Source: Spirochaetota bacterium | GTDB lineage: Bacteria > Spirochaetota > UBA4802 > UB4802 | DNA: 64,000 bases | NCBI GenBank assembly: GCA_029907515.1 | Contig: JARYLT010000002.1 | Location: forward strand, 14,343 to 78,342 | Reading direction: 5' to 3' | Shown here: positions 49,995-62,264 of the stretch, in pieces | Position numbering within the stretch: the first letter of the stretch is position 1 | How the letters are laid out: each line of letters starts with the position of its first letter | Notes under the pieces: generated by a model | Database searches by the model: none | What the model saw: only the letters and a program-made list of their open reading frames with translations | Told to the model about the DNA's origin: nothing | Position numbers and translations under genes: made by a program

Positions 49995-51479
49995 ATGAAT
50001 ACAATAGAATTTTTTTTAGAACCCAGCAAAGAAAACTACCATACACTTCGTGTAAAGGCGGAAGATGGCAATTTTCGCTATATTCACAGTAAATACCACC
50101 CAACAAAAGAATCATCATACCTGCAGGATATTGTCAACCCTGAAAAATACGATGCCTGTATTATTTTAGGCATTGGCCTTGGATACCATCTGGCACATCT
50201 GGCCACTATCATACCTTTTTTTAAACAGATTATCTGCATTGATATTAATAACTATCTAACCAATGCCAATATTCCACAGGATATACAGGCAATTATTCAT
50301 CACCCTTCGGTACAATTGGTATTTGTGAATCCCGATAATTTTCAACAGTTACGTGATACTATTCAGTTACAATTTTCCAAAGGCATACAGGTCATTGACC
50401 ACCCTGCTTCCTTTCATGCTTTCCCGCACATTTTTTCATCCATAAAAAAAATCATACAGCAGATAGTAGACAAATCAGTATCAAATCATCTTACATCATC
50501 ATTGTTTGCATACCGGTACTTTAAAAATGCATTATTAAACCTGAACCAATTACCTGAATGCTTTGCTGTAGCACAATGTAAAGGAATTCATGCCCACCAG
50601 CCCTGCATCATCGTAGCCCCTGGCCCATCTCTGGATGAAACACTCTATCACCTGAAAAAACACCACAATTGCATCATCATATCAGTTGATTCTGCACTCA
50701 AAGCATTATATGATCATTCTATCATACCTGACTATATCGTTTCCATTGATCCTCAGCCAGTTGTGTTTGCACATCTTTTTCCTGCACAACCCACGGTGCC
50801 AGTAATCACAACACTTACTGCACACCCAATGATCTTTTCACTGCCAGCAATTGTATCATTGAACACACACCCCGTATGCCAGTTACTGGAAGAGTTGTAC
50901 CCCGGGATTATTGGTTCTGTTGACAGTAGAACTGGAACCGTACTGGGCGATGCAGTCACATTTGCTATTTTTGCTGGCTGTAATCCAATAGCCATTGCAG
51001 GTGCAGACTTTTCATTTCCCAAGTATGTTACATACGCCCGATCAACAGAATACCAATACCGCTATCAACTTATGCACAGCCGTTATACCCCACTTGAAAC
51101 AAAAAACATGGACTACATAATCCATGCGTCAAAACGTACAGGAACAACAACCTTTTCAAGGAAAAACTTTATCCAGTATCATGATGCAGTTGATGCTATC
51201 CTTCCCAAAGACACATCACTATTTCATATCAATCCCGTATTACCACTTGCTCACGCAAAGTCAATAGCAATCAAAGACTTCCTTTCACTGCCACAGGTCA
51301 GCCCCTATACAAAAAAGATGACACCACGTTTGCTTCAACCTCTATCACATTCAATAAATATCAATGAAATATATACTATTCTTAATAATGAAACAATGTT
51401 TAATACTATTGTAAACTCCTCTCGAGTAGATCATCAAACAAGCATTCAAAGAATTCATTATTTTTTACATAAGGAGTAA
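49995..51479 (+). CDS. DUF115 / MptE-like (motility-accessory-factor, Maf-like) protein
   Basis: 494 aa. Core CIIVAPGPSLDE...IISVDSALKALYDHSIIPDYIVSIDPQ matching the 6-hydroxymethylpterin diphosphokinase MptE-like / Maf domain. Confidence 0.55.
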   Translation: MNTIEFFLEPSKENYHTLRVKAEDGNFRYIHSKYHPTKESSYLQDIVNPEKYDACIILGIGLGYHLAHLATIIPFFKQIICIDINNYLTNANIPQDIQAIIHHPSVQLVFVNPDNFQQLRDTIQLQFSKGIQVIDHPASFHAFPHIFSSIKKIIQQIVDKSVSNHLTSSLFAYRYFKNALLNLNQLPECFAVAQCKGIHAHQPCIIVAPGPSLDETLYHLKKHHNCIIISVDSALKALYDHSIIPDYIVSIDPQPVVFAHLFPAQPTVPVITTLTAHPMIFSLPAIVSLNTHPVCQLLEELYPGIIGSVDSRTGTVLGDAVTFAIFAGCNPIAIAGADFSFPKYVTYARSTEYQYRYQLMHSRYTPLETKNMDYIIHASKRTGTTTFSRKNFIQYHDAVDAILPKDTSLFHINPVLPLAHAKSIAIKDFLSLPQVSPYTKKMTPRLLQPLSHSININEIYTILNNETMFNTIVNSSRVDHQTSIQRIHYFLHKE

Positions 51480-51483
51480 ATCA

Positions 51484-52074
51484 ATGAGGATTGGCGTTAC
51501 AGGCATTTATGCATCTGGCAAGGGAACAGTATGTTCCATGTTTGAACAGTTAGGGGCGATAGTAATTGATACCGACATCATTGCCCGTGAAATAGTTAAC
51601 CCGCCAAGCCCAGTGCTTGATACACTGGTGCATACATTTGGGCATGATATACTCAATACAGATGGAACACTGAACAGAAGATATTTAGCGCAAAAAGTAT
51701 TCAATGATAAAATGCTTGTTGAGAAGCTTAATTCCATAACCCATCCAGCAATATTGCAGGAAGTTATGCAAAGATCCCATGATAGTAGCAAAATCTATAT
51801 GATTAATACTCCACTGCTTTTTGAAACAGAATATTATAAACATATGGATAAAAATATTGTGGTTGTTGCCAATACAGATCAGGTGCTCAAGCGTGGAGTA
51901 ATCCGTGATGGTATCACTGAAGATGAAATCAAAGCACGATTAAATCATCAAATTTCACTTAAAGAAAAGATGAAACTGGCCGATTATATCATAGATAATT
52001 CTGGATCATTAGAAAATACTAAAAAGCAGGTTGAAGAATTATGGAAAACTTTGATTTTAATGAAAGGCCAGTAG
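51484..52074 (+). CDS. coaE: Dephospho-CoA kinase
   Basis: 196 aa. P-loop GVTGIYASGKGT. Confidence 0.9.
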   Translation: MRIGVTGIYASGKGTVCSMFEQLGAIVIDTDIIAREIVNPPSPVLDTLVHTFGHDILNTDGTLNRRYLAQKVFNDKMLVEKLNSITHPAILQEVMQRSHDSSKIYMINTPLLFETEYYKHMDKNIVVVANTDQVLKRGVIRDGITEDEIKARLNHQISLKEKMKLADYIIDNSGSLENTKKQVEELWKTLILMKGQ

Positions 52075-52811
52075 CCAGGGAAAAAAATGTTTTTCTCCTT
52101 CATCTTGATGTTCCCCGCATTATTCTGATCAGTGCTGTACTTATTGGCATAATAGTTACTACATTTCTTTTAGGAATGAATTTCAGTGAAAATAAGGTTG
52201 TTTCCCATAATACATTAGTTCCTCCTGAAATTCCAGGGGACACGATAGCACAGCTTGATAAAGGTATTGATTTGGGCAACCAAGTGCAAAATACTGATCT
52301 GCCATTAATGGACAATGCCAGTAATAAACTTGATATAGCCCCTAAACCCGATGAACCATCAAAACTGGATATTATTCCCAAAAAAGATATGTCGGACACT
52401 TCTATAGCAAAACTGGACGATACTGAAACCACCCAGGTTATCCATGAAAACGTGAAAAAAGTAACACCAGTTAAAAATATATCAAAAAAGAATACCAAAG
52501 CCAAAAGCAATGTCAAAAAGAATAAAGTTGTTGAAGTAGCAAAAACTGATGAATCTCATACCAAGAAAGTATCCCAGCGATCATGGTCAATACAGATAGC
52601 ATCGTATAATACTCTTTCCAAAGCCCAGAAAGAAGTAAAGAGTTTACAGACAATGAAATACGATGCATATGTTGATAAAGCAGATGTCTCTGGTAAAACA
52701 TACTATCGCGTTAAAATAGGACCTATTCTGAAAGAAGATAAAGCTATAAGTATGCTGCAGGAAATTCAGTCAATTGATAAGTACAAAGAAAGTTACATTG
52801 TAAAAGAATAA
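52041..52811 (+). CDS. SPOR-domain (peptidoglycan-binding) membrane protein
   Basis: 256 aa. TM helix, low-complexity K-rich linker, C-terminal SPOR (WSIQIASYNTLSKAQKEV...YYRVKIGP). Confidence 0.7.
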   Translation: MENFDFNERPVAREKNVFLLHLDVPRIILISAVLIGIIVTTFLLGMNFSENKVVSHNTLVPPEIPGDTIAQLDKGIDLGNQVQNTDLPLMDNASNKLDIAPKPDEPSKLDIIPKKDMSDTSIAKLDDTETTQVIHENVKKVTPVKNISKKNTKAKSNVKKNKVVEVAKTDESHTKKVSQRSWSIQIASYNTLSKAQKEVKSLQTMKYDAYVDKADVSGKTYYRVKIGPILKEDKAISMLQEIQSIDKYKESYIVKE

Positions 52812-52814
52812 TAG

Positions 52815-52846
52815 CAAAAAACCCGCTTGTACATAGCGGGTTTTTT
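52815..52846. terminator. Bidirectional rho-independent terminator between SPOR (+) and gyrA (-)
   Basis: aaaaaacccgct tgtacat agcgggtttttt. Confidence 0.75.
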
Positions 52847-52875
52847 ATACTATGTTTTGTTTTTACTTATTTTTT

Positions 52876-55320
52876 TTATTCCTTTTCTTCATAGAGAACC
52901 GCAAAATCAGTTACTTCATCATCCTTATCCAGTTGCAATAAAAGAACACCTGCTGCAGTTCTTCCCTGATATGATATTTCTTTTGCTTTTAATCGTATGG
53001 TCATCCCTTTTTTAGATGCAATGATAACCTCATCTTCAGGATGCACTGACCGTACACCAACCGCATACCCATTCTTTTCACTTATCTTCAGGTATGCCAT
53101 TCCTTTCCCGCCTCTACCTTTTGTGGCAAAATGTGAATACTGTGTCTTCTTACCATACCCTCGAGAGGTTACCACACAAAGGTCTGATCCTGGTTTAACA
53201 ACATCCATGGCAATAATCTGGTCACCTGGTGCAACACGCATACCAATAATACCCGAGGAATTCCTGCCCATTGCCCGCATCTTTGCAATATTTGTTCTCA
53301 GCAGAAGGCCATTTCTGGTTGCTATCACCACATCATCCTGCGATTTAACCACCTTAACATCAACAAGCTCATCATCCTTATGCAGATTAATAGCAATGAT
53401 ACCGCCTTTTTTCACATTGCTGAATTCTTCCAGTGCCGTCTTTTTCATAACACCATTGCGAGTGACCATACATAAGAAGTTTTCACTGAAATCATTTACG
53501 GAACAAATTGCAGTTATCATTTCTCCCGAAGCAAGGTTTATAATGCCTTTTAATGACTTACCCCGTGTATTTTTTGAAGCTACCGGTATCTCGTAAACCT
53601 TCATGCCAAAGATTTTACCTTTGTTAGATAGCAATAACAATGTATCATGTGTTGAGGCGATAGTCATCATGGTAATAAAATCTTCTTTTTTAGAAGAAAG
53701 ACCAATCACACCTTTACCGCCACGACGTTGCTTTTTAAATGTATCTGCCGATAGTCGCCGTATAAAGCCGTCATTGGTGATGGTGATGACCATATCCTCT
53801 TCAGCAATAAGGTCTTCTGCATCAAAGCTTACTGAGGTATCTTCGTAGATAATCTCAGTTCTTCTTGTATCATGGTATTTCTCTTTGATGGCAATAAGTT
53901 CATCTTTAATTATTGCAAAAATTCTTTTTTCGCTTTTTAATATAGCTGTCAGCTCATCAATCAATTTTAATAATTCTCTAAGTTCATCAATGACCTTTTT
54001 TACTTCCAGGCTTGTCAATCGCTGCAACCGCATGTCAAGAATTGCCTTTGATTGAATTTCTGATAGCTTGAACCGTTTGATGAGACGTTCATTTGCTTCT
54101 TCAACGGTTTTTGACCCTCTGATTATTGCAATGACTTCATCAATGTTATCAAGTGCTATCTTCAATCCTTCAAGTATATGGGCTCTTTCTTTTGCTCTGG
54201 CTAATTCATACTGTGTACGGCGGGTAACAACAGTTTTCCGGTGGCTGATGTAATGAGTTATCAATCCTTTTAAATCCAGAAGTTTTGGCTGATTGTTTAC
54301 CAGCGCCAGAAGATTAATGCCAAATGATGTCTGAAGTTGTGTATGTTTATACAGCTGATTGATAATAATATTGGTAACGGCGTCCTTTCTGCAGCCAATA
54401 ACAATTCTCAAACCATTACGGTCTGATTCATCACGCAGCTCATTAATGCCTTCAATAACTTTATTGTTAACAAGCTCAGCAATTTTTGCAATCAATGCAG
54501 CTTTGTTTACCTGATACGGCAATTCAGTTACCACTATTATTGATTTGTTTTTCTGTTCCTCAACATGAAGCCTGGCTCTGACCACAATACTTCCTTTGCC
54601 TTTGGCATATGCTTTTATCATCTCTTCTGAAGCAACAATAATACCACCTGTTGGGAAATCAGGGCCTTTTACAAATTTCATCAATTGCTTAACGGTAGCA
54701 TCAGTGTTATCAATCATGAATACAATAGCATCAATAACTTCTGATAAATTATGGGGTGGGATGTTTGTGGCCATCCCAACAGCTATACCTGAGGAACCAT
54801 TTACCAGAAGGTTTGGAAACGCAGCCGGCAATACTACCGGTTCCTTGCGTGTTTCATCAAAGTTTGAGATAAAATCTACAGTATCTTTATCAATATCTTT
54901 AAGCAGTTCCTGTGCAATGGGAGATAGTCGTGCCTCAGTATAACGGTATGCAGCAGGTGGATCACCATCAATTGAACCAAAGTTACCCTGTCCATCAATT
55001 AAAGGTAAACGCATAGAAAAATCCTGTGCCATTCTGACCAGGGTATCATACACAGCCGCATCACCATGGGGGTGATAGTTACCAATTACTTCACCAACTA
55101 TCTTGGCTGACTTAACATAAGGCCTGTCACTGCGCCATGCCCGCTCATTCATAGCATGAAGTATTCTACGATGAACAGGCTTCAATCCATCCCTGACATC
55201 AGGAAGTGCTCTTCCTACAATAACGCTCATTGCATAGTCCAGATATGAGCGTTTCATTGATTCTTCAATTTCAATATTATGAACTCGTTTGTCCTTAGGA
55301 TTATCCTGTTTTTTTGTCAC
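52876..55320 (-). CDS. gyrA: DNA gyrase subunit A
   Basis: 814 aa. Active site AAYRYTEARL. QRDR region. C-terminal beta-pinwheel repeats. Confidence 0.97.
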   Translation of the reverse strand: MTKKQDNPKDKRVHNIEIEESMKRSYLDYAMSVIVGRALPDVRDGLKPVHRRILHAMNERAWRSDRPYVKSAKIVGEVIGNYHPHGDAAVYDTLVRMAQDFSMRLPLIDGQGNFGSIDGDPPAAYRYTEARLSPIAQELLKDIDKDTVDFISNFDETRKEPVVLPAAFPNLLVNGSSGIAVGMATNIPPHNLSEVIDAIVFMIDNTDATVKQLMKFVKGPDFPTGGIIVASEEMIKAYAKGKGSIVVRARLHVEEQKNKSIIVVTELPYQVNKAALIAKIAELVNNKVIEGINELRDESDRNGLRIVIGCRKDAVTNIIINQLYKHTQLQTSFGINLLALVNNQPKLLDLKGLITHYISHRKTVVTRRTQYELARAKERAHILEGLKIALDNIDEVIAIIRGSKTVEEANERLIKRFKLSEIQSKAILDMRLQRLTSLEVKKVIDELRELLKLIDELTAILKSEKRIFAIIKDELIAIKEKYHDTRRTEIIYEDTSVSFDAEDLIAEEDMVITITNDGFIRRLSADTFKKQRRGGKGVIGLSSKKEDFITMMTIASTHDTLLLLSNKGKIFGMKVYEIPVASKNTRGKSLKGIINLASGEMITAICSVNDFSENFLCMVTRNGVMKKTALEEFSNVKKGGIIAINLHKDDELVDVKVVKSQDDVVIATRNGLLLRTNIAKMRAMGRNSSGIIGMRVAPGDQIIAMDVVKPGSDLCVVTSRGYGKKTQYSHFATKGRGGKGMAYLKISEKNGYAVGVRSVHPEDEVIIASKKGMTIRLKAKEISYQGRTAAGVLLLQLDKDDEVTDFAVLYEEKE

Positions 55321-55373
55321 AGTCTGTTACCTTTATTCAAAGAATAAAATTATATAGTGATAGGAAAATATTT

Positions 55374-57485
<2,112 letters not shown>

Positions 57486-57505
<20 letters not shown>

Positions 57506-57845
57506 CGTTTGTTTTCCTGTATGATTTCTTTTTAACAGTACATTTCAGTGAATCAATAGCTGTTGAACCTGAAAATTCAGATAACCTCTTAATAATCAGG
57601 GACTGTGATAACGAAATCTCATTTGCATATATAGGGTGATCCACAACAACATATAACACACGGTTAACCATCCTATAAGGATAGCTGTGAGTTGCAATGA
57701 TATCCCCAACTGCCTTTTGCCATATAGACCGTACATGCTCCAGAATCATATCTTCAGTTAATCCAATCTCCGATGCAACATCTTGTAGTATCTGGCTGCA
57801 TGCAATAATTCGATTATATCTTTTTTCTTTATATCTAAACTTCAT
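57486..57845 (-). CDS. DUF721 (DciA-like) protein
   Basis: 119 aa. W..AVG..IA.HS.P..M..VLYV.V.....ANEL pattern. Sits between recF and gyrB. Confidence 0.55.
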
Positions 57846-58942
57846 TATTCTGACACTCTGTTATGAACTACCTGTAAATGTTTATAGTTATCCACAAAAT
57901 TCACATCATTACTACTTGCGCAGGTTATTATAACCTGGTGGTTGCCATCTATAAGTTTTTGCAAAACATTCTTTCTTCTATCATCATCCAGTTCAGACAA
58001 TACATCATCAAGCAGAACGATAGATTTACTTTTTTTAATATCATATATTAAACTAACCTCAGATAATTTCATTGCAATTGAAGCCAATCGCCTCTGGCCC
58101 GTTGATGCATAGGATTTAAACATTGTATTTTCATTTCCATATATTACATATACATCCCTGTGTGGCCCAAGAGTTGTGGTTCCCATTTGTATGTCAATAT
58201 TTCTTTTTTTGCTTAGTTCGTTTTTCACATCTGTTACATTTTCATTATGCAGTGAAGCATAATATTTAATAGTTAAATCATCATTAAATCCCGAAAGTTC
58301 CTTATATAGCGTTTTAAAATATGTATTAAAATGCTCAATATACTGTTTCCGCTTGATTACCAGTGCACTTGCACAATCAGAATACATTGAATCCCAGATG
58401 TCAAGCTGTTTTATTATGTCTCTTTTATACGGTATATCTTTCAGTAATCTATTACGATTTTTTAGAATTTTTCTGAATGATGTAAGTAACTCAATATATT
58501 CCTTATCTACCTTTGAAATCAGCCTGTCAAAATATCTTCTAATAACATCAGGTGTCCCACTTATTATTACAGTATCATCAGGGAAAAAAGCTACTACATT
58601 AATTTTACCATAAAAATCAGATAATTTCTTTATTTCTTTGCCATCTATTTTTACTTTTTTTCCAGATTGTTGATCACTAACTGATGTTCCTATTTCGATT
58701 GTTGAAATATCAGCATTTTTCACCTGTACTGATATATAGTATTCATGTTTTCCCCACTGAATGATATCTTTATCGGTGCAATTTCTGAATGATTTTATAT
58801 GAGAGGCTATATAGATCGCTTCAAGTATATTTGTTTTACCAGAACCATTTGCTCCAGAAATAACATTAATTTCCGGTGAAAAACTGATAGTCTCGTGAAC
58901 ATAATTGCGAAACGTCTTCAGCAACAATCTATCTATAAACAT
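57845..58942 (-). CDS. recF: DNA replication and repair protein RecF
   Basis: 365 aa. Walker A GANGSGKTNILEAI and ABC signature region. Confidence 0.9.
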   Translation of the reverse strand: MFIDRLLLKTFRNYVHETISFSPEINVISGANGSGKTNILEAIYIASHIKSFRNCTDKDIIQWGKHEYYISVQVKNADISTIEIGTSVSDQQSGKKVKIDGKEIKKLSDFYGKINVVAFFPDDTVIISGTPDVIRRYFDRLISKVDKEYIELLTSFRKILKNRNRLLKDIPYKRDIIKQLDIWDSMYSDCASALVIKRKQYIEHFNTYFKTLYKELSGFNDDLTIKYYASLHNENVTDVKNELSKKRNIDIQMGTTTLGPHRDVYVIYGNENTMFKSYASTGQRRLASIAMKLSEVSLIYDIKKSKSIVLLDDVLSELDDDRRKNVLQKLIDGNHQVIITCASSNDVNFVDNYKHLQVVHNRVSE

Positions 58943-58957
58943 TATTTTTTATTTACG

Positions 58958-60094
58958 TTACATTGAGCGTATCTGAATTGGCATTATAACAGACTGGAAT
59001 TTAATATCATCTTCCGGATATATTAGTAATGGACTCATTACACCTGTAACACAAATAACAACTGAAAACGAATTAATCTCTTTTAATAAATCCAGTAAAA
59101 ATTGCACATTAATCCCTATTGTTATTGGTTCTTTACAATCTGAATCAATTGCCAGTTCCTCCTGTCCTTCACCCTGATCAGGATAGCTTGCTTCTATAAG
59201 CAAGGTATTCTGTGAAAATTTTAACAATATTCTCCATGAAGGTTCATTGGTAAAATTTTTTAATCTGTTCAACGCTTCCTTTAATTTTTTAACTTCAATA
59301 ACTGCCTTTAATAAATAATCTTTAGGTATAACCTGTTTGTAATCAGGAAACTGCCCATCAATAAGGCGTGAAACTATCTCTGTTCTCCCTATTTTTATAA
59401 AACATCTGCTATCATCAAAAGCTATAAGGCAAGTACCTTTATCTTCTAAAAGCCGCAAAAGCTCATTAACTGTTTTAAGGGGTAAAATAAAACCATTTTT
59501 TATGGTAGAACTTCCGGTAATATCTTTCTTTATCATTGATAACCGCCTTGAATCAGTGGCAACAACTGTCATAGATTTTTCATCTTCTGATACTATATAC
59601 ACACCATTAAATATTGGTTTTACGGTATCATGTGCAGCAGCATGAACAGTTTTGCTTATCATTTCACTGAAAGTCTTTTGCTCTATTTCTATCGCATTCA
59701 TAAAATTAAAATCAGGTATTGCAGGGTATTCTTCAGCAGAAGATCCTACCAGCACATACTGTCCTTTTACTAGACCCGATTTTGATGAAATAGATACATT
59801 GGTATTATTAACATCAAGTATTACTACACCATCTGGAAACTCTTTTAATAGGCTCACTAAACGCTTCCCGCTAATAGTAAAGGAACAATTGCCATCTGAA
59901 ACAATATCCAGCTGTGTTTTAATTCCTATCTCGTTGTCAGTCCCGGTTATGGTAAGCGTATCACCATCTACATTAAAAAGACACTGTGTAAGTATTGTAT
60001 TAATACTTTTTGCACTCACAACAGAATCTGCTATTATTGTTGCCTTGACTAACTGTACTTTATCAACTTCAATTCTCATTGTGCACACCACCAT
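58958..60094 (-). CDS. dnaN: DNA polymerase III beta sliding clamp
   Basis: 378 aa, three-domain clamp pattern, positioned dnaA-proximal. Confidence 0.9.
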   Translation of the reverse strand: MVVCTMRIEVDKVQLVKATIIADSVVSAKSINTILTQCLFNVDGDTLTITGTDNEIGIKTQLDIVSDGNCSFTISGKRLVSLLKEFPDGVVILDVNNTNVSISSKSGLVKGQYVLVGSSAEEYPAIPDFNFMNAIEIEQKTFSEMISKTVHAAAHDTVKPIFNGVYIVSEDEKSMTVVATDSRRLSMIKKDITGSSTIKNGFILPLKTVNELLRLLEDKGTCLIAFDDSRCFIKIGRTEIVSRLIDGQFPDYKQVIPKDYLLKAVIEVKKLKEALNRLKNFTNEPSWRILLKFSQNTLLIEASYPDQGEGQEELAIDSDCKEPITIGINVQFLLDLLKEINSFSVVICVTGVMSPLLIYPEDDIKFQSVIMPIQIRSM

Positions 60095-60158
60095 TACTAT
60101 TATTACTAATTTATTATAAACTTATTAAGATAAGTGTTAGTAGTAGTTATATAATTTT

Positions 60159-60221
60159 TGTGAATAAATATACAAAAGGCTGAAATCTTCAGCGTTTTTA
60201 GAAAATGCATTTTGTGAATAA
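60159..60221. promoter_or_regulatory. Two TGTGAATAA DnaA-box-like 9-mers in direct orientation flanking a short hairpin in the dnaA-dnaN spacer
   Basis: TGTGAATAA at 60159-60167 and 60213-60221 (one mismatch to TGTGGATAA). Hairpin gctgaa-atc-ttcagc at 60179-60193. Confidence 0.4.
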
Positions 60222-60336
60222 TAACAAACGTTTTCATAAAGTATTATAAAAATTTAAACCCTGTAAATGATTTACTCTACATTTTGTTGAAAGATGCAAC
60301 ATTATCAATAATTCTTAACAATTTTTTAACAGGTTA

Positions 60337-61707
60337 TTAACTTCGTAATTCTGATATTAATTCATCGATAACTTCTTTAAAATCGATATCTTCCTCGATT
60401 GATTTTTCAATATTATTGATTGCATTAAGTACTGTAGAATGATCCCTATCACCAAATTCTTTTCCAATCTCAATTGTTGTTAATTCGGTTAATCTTCGTG
60501 CTAAATACATGGCAATAAAACGTGGCTGAACTACTTTACTCTGCCTATTTTTTGAAATAATATCATCAACACTGATACCAAATTTTGAAGCAACTTTTAC
60601 CATAATATCCTGAACAGTTATCTTTTTGTTGCTGTCAACGTCAAAGAGGTCCTTGCAATGGTCTTTTGCTAATTGCACAGTAATGGGTTGATTGTAGATA
60701 GAGGAAACCATGCTTAATCTGACCAATGCAGCTTCAAGTGCACGAATACTTGATTTTATTCTGCGGGCTATGTAATTACATACTTCGTCTGACAATTCAA
60801 TTTTAATTTTCTCTGCTTTATTTCGTAATATAGCTTCCCTTGTTTCAAGATTGGGTAGCTGTATATCTACGATCATACCCCATTCAAATCGTGTTCGAAG
60901 TCTTTCTTCAAGTGTTGAAAGCTCTTTTGGTGGCCTATCACTGGAAATAACTATCTGCTTTTTGCTGTTATGTAATGTATTGAATGTGTGGAAAAATTCT
61001 TCCTGTGTTTGCTCTTTTTTTTCAATAAACTGAATATCATCTATCAACAAAATATCAACATTACGGTACTTAATCTTAAAACTTGAAAGCGTGTTTGCTC
61101 TTATAGCCTGAATAAATTCATTTATAAACTGTTCACAGGGTACATACAGTACATTAAGGTATGGTCGCTCCTGAATGATTCTGTGCCCTATTGCCTGCAT
61201 TAGATGTGTTTTTCCCAGTCCAGTGCCGCCATAAATGAACAATGGATTGTATTGCGTGGCGGGTGCCTTTGAAACGGAGATAGCTGCGGCATGTGCCAAT
61301 TGATTATTAGGGCCAATAACAAAGTTTTCAAATGTATAATTTGGGTTTAATATAGTGGGAAATTGTAATGTCTCTTTTTTCTCATCGTTGGTAACGGGCA
61401 AAGGATCATTCATAACTGGCTCTTTAAAGCCATTGCCTGTAACAAACTCACATACTATCTCTTTACCTGTATGTTCTTTGATGATTGAATGAATCAAAGA
61501 GGCATAATGATCAGAAATATGTCGTTTTGCGACATCGTCAGGCACTTTAACAACAAGAATATTTTCATTAAAGGCCACTGGTTCTGTATTTTTAAACCAC
61601 ATATTAAATGATTGCTTATTAATATATGTTTCTACAGAACCCAAAACCTTGTTCCAGATTGTTACTGTTGAATCTGTCATAATAATAACCCATTTAGTTA
61701 TCAACAA
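60337..61707 (-). CDS. dnaA: Chromosomal replication initiator DnaA; the real start is probably the ATG at 61680 (MTDSTV...)
   Basis: AAA+ Walker A GGTGLGKTHL. C-terminal DnaA-box-binding HTH (...RFIAMYLARRLTELT...). The extension to 61707 would include a DnaA box. Confidence 0.95.
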   Translation of the reverse strand: MLITKWVIIMTDSTVTIWNKVLGSVETYINKQSFNMWFKNTEPVAFNENILVVKVPDDVAKRHISDHYASLIHSIIKEHTGKEIVCEFVTGNGFKEPVMNDPLPVTNDEKKETLQFPTILNPNYTFENFVIGPNNQLAHAAAISVSKAPATQYNPLFIYGGTGLGKTHLMQAIGHRIIQERPYLNVLYVPCEQFINEFIQAIRANTLSSFKIKYRNVDILLIDDIQFIEKKEQTQEEFFHTFNTLHNSKKQIVISSDRPPKELSTLEERLRTRFEWGMIVDIQLPNLETREAILRNKAEKIKIELSDEVCNYIARRIKSSIRALEAALVRLSMVSSIYNQPITVQLAKDHCKDLFDVDSNKKITVQDIMVKVASKFGISVDDIISKNRQSKVVQPRFIAMYLARRLTELTTIEIGKEFGDRDHSTVLNAINNIEKSIEEDIDFKEVIDELISELRS

Positions 61708-62006
61708 TTGTTAATAACTTTGTTGATATCGTAATATACGTTTAGCATGTGGTAAAAAGGTTAGATGCTACAGACTATTAGCGATGATGATTATTTTGAA
61801 TTGTCTCTATAAAAGCATTATGACTTTTTTTTGCAACCAATTAATCTATAAAAATTATCGCATACACAAAAATTTTTATCATTATGGATAATGTGAGAAT
61901 AAATACTAAAAATCTGTGTATAATGTGTGGATAAATACCAATATATAGTTGAAAATTATGAATTAATGTGTATTATATGTTAATAAAACAGTGGTAGAGG
62001 AAAACA
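61708..62006. promoter_or_regulatory. Probable oriC / dnaA promoter region with DnaA boxes and an AT-rich DNA-unwinding element
   Basis: Perfect TGTGGATAA at 61926-61934. One-mismatch TATGGATAA at 61883-61891. One-mismatch TTATCAACA at 61697-61705. Extremely AT-rich flanks. Immediately upstream of dnaA. Confidence 0.6.
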
Positions 62007-62264
62007 ATGGGTGTAATCATTAAAGACATAAAAAAAAATAACAATGAGATTATACGAGTGGAAATTTCGGAATATCAGGGAAAGGAACTCATAAATCTTA
62101 GAATATGGTATCAGACAATTGATAATGGTGAGGTTGTCTATAAACCCACACAAAAAGGTGTTGCACTTTCTGTTGATAAATTCAGTGAGTTACAGGAAGC
62201 AATAACAAAGATTGCAGAATATCTGCATGATAAAAAGCACGGTACTACACCTCACAATGTATAG
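62007..62264 (+). CDS. PC4/YdbC-like ssDNA-binding transcriptional-coactivator-family protein
   Basis: 85 aa. IRVEISEYQGKELINLRIWYQTIDNGEVVYKPTQKGVALSVDKFSEL matches the bacterial PC4-like pattern (..G...vdiR.wy...dge..ptkKGisL....w..l). Confidence 0.45.
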   Translation: MGVIIKDIKKNNNEIIRVEISEYQGKELINLRIWYQTIDNGEVVYKPTQKGVALSVDKFSELQEAITKIAEYLHDKKHGTTPHNV

